Shown piece by piece: positions 24,766 through 36,699 of a stretch of 64,000 nt of DNA. Numbering within the stretch: position 1 is the stretch's first letter; the number at the start of each line of letters is the position of its first letter. The stretch spans positions 5,482,410 to 5,546,409 of the forward strand of contig BFEA01000020.1 in NCBI GenBank assembly GCA_003427395.1, in the 5' to 3' direction. Under the pieces are notes generated by a model, which saw only the letters and a list, made by a program, of their open reading frames with translations, did no database searches and had not been told where the DNA came from. The stretch is from Chara braunii. Lineage: Eukaryota > Plantae > Charophyceae. Position numbers and translations under genes: made by a program.

Positions 24766-26779
24766 GGGGAAAAAAAAAAGAGTGGAAGAATTGTCTACAG
24801 CTTGCCAATTACCTCCCCCTCAAATCAGTTTAGGCGTCTAAACCACCCAACCGCATAAACCACCGCACGTTGTGGCTCTATTTTTCACTGCGGCCGATGT
24901 ATCGGTGAAGTACTGGCGGCTGTAACCACCAGTACTTCCTAAAGTTGTGTCCGTTAACAAGCCACAATTTTAGAAAACGTACAGGCCACTACAGGAGTGC
25001 CCAAATTCATCCGACTAGAAACGTTTCTACTCTATTTTTTTCGGCGGCCGATATCTGGGCCAAGTACTGGTGGTTTAATGACACGCGGGTGGGTTTAGTA
25101 CAAGGATGTGCCTTAAATCGAGAACCATGCGGGGACCTCTACCACATGGCCAAGTGCTGAAGGTGACTCTCATATGTTAATAATCCAGCCTCTATAAAAA
25201 GTTTCTCATTTCCCCGGCAGGTTTGGGAAAATAGATGGNNNNNNNNNNNNNNNNNNNNNNNNNNNNNNNNNNNNNNNNNNNNNNNNNNNNNNNNNNNNNN
25301 NNNNNNNNNNNNNNNNNNNNNNNNNNNNNNNNNNNNNNNNNNNNNNNNNNNNNNNNNNNNNNNNNNNNNNNNNNNNNNNNNNNNNNNNNNNNNNNNNNNN
25401 NNNNNNNNNNNNNNNNNNNNNNNNNNNNNNNNNNNNNNNNNNNNNNNNNNNNNNNNNNNNNNNNNNNNNNNNNNNNNNNNNNNNNNNNNNNNNNNNNNNN
25501 NNNNNNNNNNNNNNNNNNNNNNNNNNNNNNNNNNNNNNNNNNNNNNNNNNNNNNNNNNNNNNNNNNNNNNNNNNNNNNNNNNNNNNNNNNNNNNNNNNNN
25601 NNNNNNNNNNNNNNNNNNNNNNNNNNNNNNNNNNNNNNNNNNNNNNNNNNNNNNNNNNNNNNNNNNNNNNNNNNNNNNNNNNNNNNNNNNNNNNNNNNNN
25701 NNNNNNNNNNNNNNNNNNNNNNNNNNNNNNNNNNNNNNNNNNNNNNNNNNNNNNNNNNNNNNNNNNNNNNNNNNNNNNNNNNNNNNNNNNNNNNNNNNNN
25801 NNNNNNNNNNNNNNNNNNNNNNNNNNNNNNNNNNNNNNNNNNNNNNNTTTTTTTTTTTTTTTTTTTTTTTTTAAGCCCAAACTTGAATGTTTAAGCCAAT
25901 GCATCCCATGCGCATCTTTCTCCCTGCAGTCTTACATACCTGCACACTGCACAGTCAGATGATGGTTGTGGGAGATTCTCCTCTAGTACCATGTATTGTC
26001 AGTAGGGCTCCTCTAGTACCATGTAAGGTGGCATGATAACCACAAGCGGTAGATGGTTTCCATTGGAAGCCATCAATGCATCTGTCCTGTTGCTGCTGCG
26101 TTGTGAGCAGAAGTCAGGGAAGCTATCTCCAGTCAGCAGTGGCTTTGGTCGACCAGCCATGATGAGGTGAGGGGTAAAAAACCATGTTGTTTTATTGGTC
26201 TTCTTGCCGGGGGTGGTGAGCCGGACTGGGGATCCCTCTTTGGATAGGAGAAGTGGAGTGGTGTTTCCTTAAGCAAACAAACAAAAGAAAGAAGAAGATC
26301 GACGGCCAGTATCTCTTCATCCTTGCAAGTGGGGCGCTGCCAGAAGACTCCCCCCTGCCCATGGGAGATTGGATTCGTCCTTTCCAGCCCCGGCAACAAG
26401 TCGAGGAAGGGGTCACGGTGATTGGCTCTGGATGGGCGCAGACAGCTATGCCCCTTTTCCTTCCAAGCCGGTACACCATTGATTTTTGTTTTTTTTCCCT
26501 TCTTCTTGATTCAACCCTTGATTCCTAAACATTTAAACACAACTGCGCTTTCGGGCCTGGCTCTTCCGCTAGAGACGGAAAGATGCACCACCATATTTTT
26601 TGTCTTTTGTGGATGTGGTGAGTAGTGGAGTGAGGCCCTATATTATATGCATTCCCAGATCATTCCCCATCTCCTCTTGTGGTCAAGTGCTGCCTCTTCC
26701 AGTAGGTAGGACACAGGATCAGGCATATTCCTTTCTTTCTTTTTTTAATTAAAAAACAACCCCGGGATCAGCTTGAGGC

Positions 26780-26817
26780 CTGTCTCTTATACACATCTAG
26801 ATGTGTATAAGAGACAG
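26780..26817. other. Nextera mate-pair junction adapter (assembly artefact) between two identical 158-bp copies
   Basis: CTGTCTCTTATACACATCT+AGATGTGTATAAGAGACAG, exact. 26622-26779 is duplicated at 26818-26975. Confidence 0.97.
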
Positions 26818-26934
26818 GTAGTGGAGTGAGGCCCTATATTATATGCATTCCCAGATCATTCCCCATCTCCTCTTGTGGTCAAGTGCTGCCTCTTCCAGTA
26901 GGTAGGACACAGGATCAGGCATATTCCTTTCTTT

Positions 26935-29900
26935 CTTTTTTTAATTAAAAAACAACCCCGGGATCAGCTTGAGGCGCTGGTAGGAGCAGACACATCAAGC
27001 TTCCGCGGAGGAGGCTCCATCTATTGGTGGGGAGCTCCACCTGCTGGAAAACGAGCCCAGCGTCCCTTTATACAACTGTACATTGAAAAACAGGGACCGG
27101 TTGAAACACGTGGGGGGATCGCCTCTTCAGTCTGTCGGCAGACCGCCATTAATATTCAATGAGACGCTAGCTACTCCCCACCTTTATTCACTGTATGTTG
27201 GTTGATGTCGAGGGTGGCCACATTCATCCTCCTCCCTTTGTAATCTAATCCCTAAACCCTAAGCCCTTGGTACTTGATTGCTTCATCGCCGAACCCTCTC
27301 ATTTTGTAGGCTGTGACAGACACGACTTTGACTGTACATATCAGCATACCACCCCTGCTTGTATCCCGCCTCCCTCTTTTGAAGTCTGAACCCCTAAGCC
27401 CTCGAAAAGCAGAGCGCTGAACCCTGTGCGCACACAGACTTCATTGCGGCAAATCTGAGACGTTGCCCCTCCATTCTGTGAACCTTTTGTTCTGATGTGG
27501 CAGAACCATTGATCTGTAAGTCGCCTGGGTCTGCACAGTGTTCTGCCATTCCTTCGTATGCATGGTCCTACGTATGCTTCGATTGTATCTTTGATACTGT
27601 CCGTGGCTGCCCTCCGATGTCGTCATTGGTTGTTACTGAACGAGTCCACAGTCCCCAGACTTGTAGTTGCTCCCCTTCCGTTTCTGCCACCCTTCGCGCG
27701 TCGTTGTTTCCTGCACATACTTTTCCGTCCCGTGTGCGGGTTGGGAGCGTGGATCTATGGGGCAGGCATGGGGCTGGGAGGTTGAGAGTGCAGGGGGGGG
27801 GGGACAGTGAGTGAGAGGGGGTAGGTTGCCACAAGGATGAAGTTAGTCGGAAGGTATGGGACCTGATATTCAGTAAGAGGCTTTCGTTGCCTCGTGCCCT
27901 CTGAGTTTCTCCACCAACTCCACAGAATGTCCAGACTCGCATCCAGTTCACTGAACTTCCTATGGGGATCTTGCCAAATTTGAATCATCATCATCATCAT
28001 CATCATCATCACATCATTAGTATCATCATCTGATTATTGTTATATTAAGCTTTTGGGTGTTCTGAAATTCTGGCTGCATCTAGTATTCTTCCACATTCGG
28101 GATATAGAGAGATCTGGGGTTTGCTGAGGGTGGAAGGCATTCCAGTGGTGAACCGGGGGGGACTACAAGGAGGCGAGAAGAGATCAACTATGGTTGATGT
28201 TGGTTAGGTTGGTTTTGTCTCTGAGGCACAATGTCCTGGCACAGGGAGGGCTAGGAGTTGTACTGGGATTAGGAGGCCAGAATAGCTGATATAGCATAAT
28301 CTTATATATTTTTTCATATATTTGAATTATCATTCTCATTAGCATCATTATCTATGGTATCATCAGTATCATCATGGTNATCATCATAACCATTTGAGGG
28401 ACGCTGAGCCCGGTTCTCAGCAGTTTTGGTTCGATCACTCCGGGCAGACTATGAGGACCCCGGCCTCAATCTTATTATTGGTAATATCAGCCTCGGGCAC
28501 CGGGCCCGGTTTCAAAAAAAAAAAGAAAAAAANAAAAAAAGAAAAAAAAAAGAGGAGTCGTGGATGGCCTGTTTGGCCTGAGGTTCATTCGTATTGCAGT
28601 ATTCGTTTGTCATATATTTGTTTCCACGCTTCCCAGGTGCGGGCAGGTGCGGGATCTGATCACCTCCTCTATTGCATGCCGGGCTTGCTACAGGCCGAAC
28701 TGGTGGTCTTTCCTTTCAAAGGAGCACCTTGCACGCCAGGCCAGCATCGGATGTGCAACCGTGTGTATGAGAATAGGTTAGCTGCGAAGGGAGACCAGTG
28801 GGCTGGCAAGTGTTGATTCTTACGAGCAAAAGGAGGCCCAGATCCCATGGGACGTGGAATGTCGTCAATGAGTGAAAGGCGGCGTCCCACCATCGCCACA
28901 GCTGGGCAACCATCGGGCACGCTAGGAGACAGTGTTCGATCGTTGCTCTGGTGGGTGGCGACGCTCTCCGGCAGTGAGAGCAAATGGGGGACAACTGGCC
29001 TTTCTGCTCCAAGTCTGTTCTTGACACCAACCAGTCCGGTGTGGGAAGGCATTGGTGTAGGATTTGCCACTGCAGCGACCGGAGGTTTGTGGGCATAATC
29101 TTAGCGTATGTAGACCATGACAGGTTGCGCAGCAAGGCCAGTTCTATAGGTGAGTCCCGGGCCCATTGGTCAACTATGATCTGCGTGGTGGGTACATCCG
29201 GGCATGAGGCTCTGTAACCACCCTTCACAGAGTAGTCCCAGACATGCATCGGTTTCTCCCCAGGCCATTCCCAATCCTCCGGGTCAAAGGGCAAAACCAC
29301 AATCGATGTGGAGGGTTCATAGACGAAGAGACCGTCTTTCGGATCCCCCATCACTCGTACGAGCATCAGGTCGGTCCAGATGTGGTCGCAGTCAAGGTCA
29401 ACGTTGCGTGTGAGCTTGGACATTCTTGCCCCCGGATGCTGGGGTTCATGGGCTTCGAGAATGCAGGTCCCCGGGTCGTGTTTGTGCACTCTGTAGATTA
29501 CATGTGGCAGGGGTAGATCATAATATTTGACCACCTAGTCTCCCTGTACGATGGTTGGCCCTTTCTTCAGGGTCAGTTGCCAGGCCAGCGGTGCGGCTTC
29601 CTTTAGGATGTGCAACTTATCCTCCACTTTTTGGATGTACTTTATGCATTTTTGGAGCCGGGTTGCGGTTATCCAGTTCCCTTTGCGAACGTCCCAGAGA
29701 CTTCCTATTGTATATATCCCTTTTTTTCCCCAGGAGAGCCATGGGGAGTTTGTTGTCAGCGGGAAGGGATTACCTGTGTCATCCGCAATGTGGGGGTTCA
29801 AGTTACCAAATAAACGTTGCCTCCATATATTGTGCCACCTATCAGGAGGACTTTTTTTTTCGGTCCCACTTGTCTCCAAAGTTTGATCATGTTCGACCAC

Positions 29901-31020
29901 ATGGGGTCCCAGACAATGTCTTGCTTGGTGGCGTGCACCGGTTTGTCCACTTGAGTTTGTTGGGGGGTGGAAGGGACGGTCTAATGGGCATTTGTCAGCC
30001 ATTGGAAGGGGTGTATCTGGTTCATGACTGTTGTTTCCGGTGCCAGGTTTTTGATCTGTATGCAGGGTAGTGGCGCCCAAGGGATGTCATTACCGGTAAG
30101 GAGTCTGATCAATACCTTGAAGATGAGGGCCTCACTTTCCCGTTCCGGATCTAGTATGCCTAGTCCCTTCCTTCTTGGTTGTGTCAGTATGTCCCATTTA
30201 ACTCGGTTCAAGCAGCCTTGGGATTCAGCGTTGTTTTTCCCTAGGTAGGTCGTAAGGGTCTTTCTGAGCCTTGCATATTTATTTTGGTTCAGGGGCCATA
30301 CTGCGAGTTTGTACCAGATCGCTGCGAGGACAACATTATTGATGGTCAGCGTACGCCGCACTAACGAGGTGTGCAGGCTGTCCCATTTGCCTAGTTTGTC
30401 CACTGCAAGGTTCACCAATATGTTTTGATGGTCCGGCGGGGGGCAGAGTGCTGTCAGTTTGATGCCCAAAATTGTAATTGCTGTGTTTTTTTGTGCCCAT
30501 GAGATAAGCGGCTGCGGTTTGCGGGTGCATCTACCAGCCCTTCATTTTTGCGCCCCAGTTAACCTTCATATCCGCTGCCAGGGAAAACAGGTGGATGACT
30601 TGTGTTAGGGCTTGAAGACTTTGATCATCCGCCCTGATGAGCACAGTGAGGTCATCTCCAAACAGTGATGTGACCGAGACGAGATGCTTTGACAGGTCGG
30701 GAATGCGCACTTTGTGTATCTGGGGTGTGTTCCTCCTTCTCCATCCTCTTCATCGACCTTCTTCTTCTTCATTGTCTTCAATTCCGGGAAACCGTATGCA
30801 CAAAGGTCATTATCCCTGGGGTGGCGATAACCCCTCTTCACCCCCCTCCACCCTGCCTTCCTCCCAAGGGGGTATTGAGGCTTTGCGTGGCGAAAGGGGT
30901 CCATTCTATATTAGTGGGAGTTGCTCCTGCCGGAAGGTGGTTCCCGCTTCCCATTTAACAACACATAGGCAGAGGATCAGACTGCCAAAGTGTGGATAAC
31001 CCCACTGTTTCAGGTGGTTT
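26935..31020 (-). mobile_element. Degenerate L1/Tx1-like LINE (RT 3' half to 3' tail) with secondary insertions
   Basis: SLFGDDLT..MKVNWG (~30550-30670), INNVVLAAIWY/GLGILD (29981-30469), LQWQILHQCLPT..CSHC..EHCLLACP (28716-29534). Conserved tail at 26966-27066. Joining the tail to the body is inferred. Confidence 0.8.
28398..28550 (+). mobile_element. Short poly-A retroposed unit beginning with the GGGAC hairpin motif
   Basis: GGGAC-GCTGAG[CCCGGTT]CTCAGC, ~90 nt of different sequence, then a long A-rich tail at 28514-28551. Confidence 0.6.
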
Positions 31021-31875
31021 TAGGGTGCTACACCGATCTCGCTGAAGTGGACCCTTTTCATTTTGTTTTCTGTTTTTTGGCGACAGCCCTGAGGTATCAC
31101 CACCAAACTGATAAGCCCAGGTAATTCAAATCTTCTTCTTCTTTTTCTTAAAAGAAAATTCATTCATTTGCTAATCTTACCAGAATTCAAACTCGTGGTG
31201 TTGTGGGATGCAGAATGGGAAACCCTCACCTCCACGCCATTCATGTGGGTCATCCGACCGTTGTCGTTGGGCAATCCATAAGATATCCACATGGCATGGA
31301 CAACCTACGAAAAAAACTTCGGGGTGGATCCCACTACAACTCGGAAAGTTTTGAAATAGTTTTTTCGAAACTCCACTGCGCGTGAGAAATTTGGGCAAAT
31401 TATTGCGTTGTTGTTTCTACTCTTCCCACCCTTCGCTTTCTAGGCATTCCATGCAATCCCAGTGCCTCCTTTCCACATGGGATGGATCAACCAAGAGAGT
31501 AGCCACCCCCTTTACTCTCTTCCAAAAATGATGTGCATATGGGATTGGATGAAGTGCTGTAAAAGTGAAAGTTTACTTGCCCTTTCGGGAAAGCATGAAG
31601 GTCTGCAGTAGCATGTTCATACTTAGCTCCCAAAGTACCCGTACAACGGGCTTGTGCGACTCTGCTTCAACCAGGGTTGGGCAGGGGTTCCTGCTCAGCC
31701 CGGGTGCCTGTGACCGCTGTCTGGGCAGGTCACCCTGCGAAGATGGTGATGGGTAATGGGCCCGCGTAGTTAACACTCGGGTAGGACAAAGGGGCTAGGG
31801 GCCTGGGTGCATCCGGAAAAATGATGAGGGGAAGGGTGGGTGGGGTTTGAGGGGTTCAAAAAGAGAAGATTCTCC

Positions 31876-32237
31876 GTTGAACATAACGACCATTTCGTCA
31901 AAATGGACATTTTTTATTTTTTGAACGAAATTGAAACTGAGTTTTTTGGCCGAAAACTCGTCAAAATTTGTTGTTCATGAGGGTACAGCGTTTATAAAAC
32001 GTTGGACCCCCTGGCTGTACATGGACCTAGCTTGAGACCAGACACCTCTAGGCAGGACTGCTTGGAGGTACCTGGTCTCAAGCTAGGTCCATGTACAGTC
32101 AGGGGATCTAGCGTTTTACGAACGCCGGACCCTCGGGAACAACAAATTTTGACGAGTTTTCGTCCAAAAAACTCGGTTTCAATTTCGTTAAAAAAATAAA
32201 CGATGTCCATTTTGACGAAATGACAGTTTGTTACAGC
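31876..32237. mobile_element. ~350-bp foldback (fully palindromic) MITE-like element
   Basis: Arms 31891-32055 and 32058-32222 are reverse complements with scattered substitutions. 2-nt centre. No TSD identified. Confidence 0.8.
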
Positions 32238-33074
32238 ACAACTTTGGGTCCTCCAAGCCAAGAACGATATTACGGAGTACCTGAGATCCATGATAAAGGA
32301 TGCATGAGACGGGCTTCGGAGTAAGTTGAAGTCCATCGATGAACAAAAAGATATGACACCGCAGGTGAAACAACAAAAGAAAAGTGCAGCTATAAACGAA
32401 CTCAGCGAAGTATGACCGAGGCCACAGCAGGCGATGACATAATTGTTTGACAACCAAATAATATAAAAAAACTGGAGACAAGAGGAAAAAACATGGAAGT
32501 ACAAACTACTCACCCACTTCTCTGTCCCTACCTCAGCCATACCAACCTCCTAATCTTACTGCCCTCTCCATAGACCCCCTCAATATACCCTATCCCAATT
32601 CCGACGCGCAGCCGGGGTACTCTTTGTACTTACACCCATCCCATTCCCCAAAAGGTAGGAACAACAAAAGGGATTGTTTTAGTCCATGTACTCCAAGGCA
32701 CCAGAGTGGGACAGGAAAATGGCTAAGTAATTTCTGAAGTTAAACCACTAGTACCTTTCCCCACTTGAAAAACAAATGTGCGGCTTATTAACAACAACGT
32801 TTTTGGGTGGTACCAGACCCAAATGGTTAGTGGCGCCAACCTAAAGCATGCCCACGTTGGTTTTTTTTTTTTTTGTGGCAGGGCGAATTTAGGCTCGACA
32901 TTCATAGTTGGACGAGGAACTAGTGGCTCGAGCACGATAAGACCGGGAGCTGAAGAGGAGAAGGAAAGGGGGGAAAAAACCTAGTCTGATAAGGACTCAA
33001 TATGCATGGGGAAAGCCAAATCGCGTCCAGTACTAGCACGTGGACATTGGATAGGATCCCCAACAATCCCACAA

Positions 33075-34900
33075 GAGACGCTGAACCCAGTCTCCAGAAG
33101 GTGCTGCTCCCCACCAATAGACTGGAGCCATCCACTCCACAAAGCCTCAATCCCAAGGGTTAACTCACCACCCTAGGCAAAGTGGAAAAACAAGAACACA
33201 TTTATTTTTGGGAGGGCGCTGATTATTAACAGAGTGGTGTTGGCAGCTATCCGGTATAAGTCTGCCCTCTGACACCTGGGTAAAAGTAGTGCCAGGGTCT
33301 TTAAAAAACAATTAGTAGTTTTCCTTTGGAGGGGGGGCTCAGACCAACAACACATGATTAACTGAGTGGTTTGTGACACGTTGATTCAAGCCAAAAAACA
33401 AGGGAGGAGTGGGATTGTTGGACCCTTCCCTTCAAGCTACGGCATATCAATCCAATGGGTAAAAAGATTGATCTTGGGCATAACCCCCCCATGGTGGAAC
33501 CTGCCCAGCGAACAAATCTGTAGGCTGGCCCCGCCCGAAGAGTAGACCCGCTTAATTGGATTGATGACCGTTATTGGTCCATTCCCTAAGCCAACTCACA
33601 TTCACGAAAGGAAGGTGATAGAGGAGCAGCAAGACAAGATCTAGCAAGGGAAAAATTTTGGGTAAACCTCATCAAGAATTGGAGAAGGTTGTCGATCCCC
33701 GACAAGCCCCCCCAAGAACGGATAGAAGAGGTCTTGCGCCAACCCCTATTAGGGAACAGAGCCATTACAGTTAGACAAGGTTGGGTACTCGGCAGCTCGG
33801 ACCCTCAATGGACCGCATTGGTTAGAGATTAGATTCTCCGGGTAGAGGACATATAGGACGAGGCAACCAAAGATTGGGAAACTGCTAAAAAACTAAAACC
33901 TTGTCTACGACACGCCCGCAACCTGATAGACAGGCTAGGACAACTGATATTATCGATACCCTTAGCCTAGGTGGTAATCCTGAGAAAAGGACTGTCCTTG
34001 CAGGAACAAGATTGGGTAGTAGTCGGGGCAGAGGACCTACCCCTACAAATAGGGTGCATGGTGGAGGCAAGATCTGAAGGGGCTATGATTAATCTATTTG
34101 AAAGAAAAGGGGATAACACTCTGGTTAGGTACCGCCCAAACTCGGTCCAACGGCGCGAGAATGCCAACCTATATCAGATTCGGGTGCTGCAGATTAACAA
34201 GGGAGGAAAGACAGAATGACGAGTTTATCGCTTGAAAGTTCCCCTGTCCAGTTTAACCCTGGATCGGCTCGAATGGCAATGAGAGCAGGGCCGAACCGGG
34301 CGAAAAGTAAAACTCACTGGACTGACGGTAAAAAACACTTAGAGGATGATTAGGCCCAGGGTAGATGTGCAGGCATGAGTAAGGGATGGGTGGAAGAGAC
34401 ACTTTAACCTGGATGATGATCAGATAAGAGGAATTAAGTGGTTCAAAGGGGTGAAGGAGAGACCGACGAAATTTGCCTCCTTGCAGTGGCAAATCACTCA
34501 TAGATGCCTCCCCACCAACAACTGGTTCAATGATAGAACAAACCATAATCAGAAAGGGGAGACGCTTCCATGGTGTACATTCTGCTATGCGGGATTCCCG
34601 AGCCGTAAAATATGTGAAACAATATGACATATTATCCTCCAGCGCCCAGAGGTGGTACTAATGTGGCATTGGTGGGACCGCATTTGGTCACTACTGGGTA
34701 CTGAGGAGAAGTGGTCATGGAAATGGGAAGCAATCCTGCTAGGTGAATGAGAAAGACCGCAAGCATCCAGCTTCGCCAACAGTCTGTTTTCCATGGCCAG
34801 GAAGGCGGTGGTCTGGATGTTGTGGACAAGATGATGTGTATTTGATCAGGAAGGGGCCAAAATGGGGGAAAGGGAAGCGAAGCAAATAGTCTGATTCCGA
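33075..34900 (+). mobile_element. Truncated LINE tail (33075-33177) directly followed by a highly degenerate LINE ORF2 C-terminal half
   Basis: Tail motif GAGACGCTGAACCCAGTCTCCAG..GCTCCCCACCAATAG, then GRALIINRVVLAAI.YK, FWVNLIKNWRRL.IPDK, SLQWQITHRCLP in mixed frames. Confidence 0.8.
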
Positions 34901-36699
34901 CATCCAGTGAGTCTTGGCGGTGGGCGCCTAGCGCACACGCACCAAGAGACAAAGGCTCTCAGCGTCTCCACACCACCGGGTGACGTGGCGTCACACTAGA
35001 CTCAGGCAAGAGGGGGGAGAGGGGTGGGTGCATACCAGCCCTTTGCCTCTTCTTTTATGGGTGCCGCGGAGAATGCTCTATAGTTGTCGTGTTTCCTAAC
35101 ACGGTGAATGACCTAATGAATGTTGAGTCAGGTCAACATGGATGGAGTTGGCGGAGTGCGCCCCTGAGAAGGTACAGTGTGCGTCACATGGCGCGTTGAA
35201 ATCTTCAAGTAATTGTCGTGTCGCTTGTCCGCTTTTGATTATCGTGCTTTAAAGAGTAGCTTCTCACACGAGGGAATCGTTCGGTCAAATGCCCAATCAA
35301 TGGTGGGCGTCAACTACAGTCAAATCTTACCTGAGGAGTTAGTCCCCAACGTTGTGGAGATGATCAACACCCCCCTTATTTAAAGCGACGGTTGACGTGG
35401 CACCGTTCAAACCACTGAGGCGTCCCCGGTTTCGTAATGATGGTTAGCAACTTCATTTCAAGTAAGGTCTGACGAGCCGCAGGCCAATCCATTGGGAAGA
35501 CTCGTTTCAAAGGAGGGAGGTTGAATGACATGTATCATGTCTACGCTCTCAGATAATTCAAAGCTAAGCAAAAAGGTTATCCAATAGTAGTTGATTATTT
35601 AGTGGTTATTTATATCCATACAATGCGCTCCCAGTACCATTGTGGTAATCACCTCTCCCCCTGGTACATGTTTTTGATAGGTAATGGTGATTTTAAGTGT
35701 GGGGACACGCGCATCTTGAGGGAGGCAGAATAGCGTTTTGGGATTCTTCACTCTTACATAGGAAGTCCACATAGTACGTCTCGTAGCCAGCATTCTCAGC
35801 AAAAGACGAAGAACGAAGAGTAGTAAGAGTTGTCCAGTGGGGGGGAAATTTCACGCATGTCCTCCTACCTCAGTCTCATTATCTGACTAGCTGACGTGGT
35901 ATAACTCAATCTAAGTGTGAAAAGGGTTCACAATTGTAATTCCTGATTGCGGACTCGGAGTGCAAACAAACCAGAGGGAGGTGAGGCAAAAAGGGGGCAT
36001 CTAGCCCTCGTATCTTAGATGAAGAGAAACAAAGAACAATGCTGCTGACGTGGCCAAGGCGAGGGCTATGCCTTTCTGTCTTCAATAGAGGAATTTGACA
36101 CAAAATTATGTCTAGGTATATTCCTTCATCATTTCACCCCTCCTCCTTGAAATTTCTCGCTCCCTATGTCTCTGCCTGCCTCTCCGAGGTCCGAGCCAGT
36201 GAATGAAATAACCAGGGCTCGAATCCTCTTTCTAAAGGTTGTACCCAAAAGCACACTAGTACCCTTCAACAACAACTGCAAACCATATTATTTGCGTCAT
36301 GGATCCCCCCGTGCTGAGTGGATAACGAACGTCACGTTCTTTTCACTTCCTTTTCTTCGGAAAACACATCGTATTTTAAGAAATGAAAAGAGGCGAGAAA
36401 TGTTGATGAGAGAATTGAAAATGTAAAGGGAACACAGATATGCGTTCACCCTGAATAATACATCTGAATGAACAGTGCATCTGTCCCCTTCCCTTGTCAT
36501 CAATCGATCGAAATACTTGGAAATTGAAAAGATAAATAGACAGACGCTCACTCTGAAAATAGATTTGAGTTAACTGTGCATCTACCCCCTTCTCGTTTTT
36601 TTTATTATTGTAGTATCTTATTTGCCTTTCCCTCCTCCCCCAACCCCAAAATAAAGTTGAGCTTCCAACGAGCAAAGGGGTCAGACTCAATGCTATTTT

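Noticed and set aside
26780-26817. Tn5/IS50 ends suggesting bacterial horizontal transfer
   Set aside because: The sequence is the engineered mosaic end in adapter configuration, flanked by a perfect duplication: an artefact.
34900-36100. Possible decayed coding fragment of another element
   Set aside because: Only short ORFs with no motif I can support; left unannotated.
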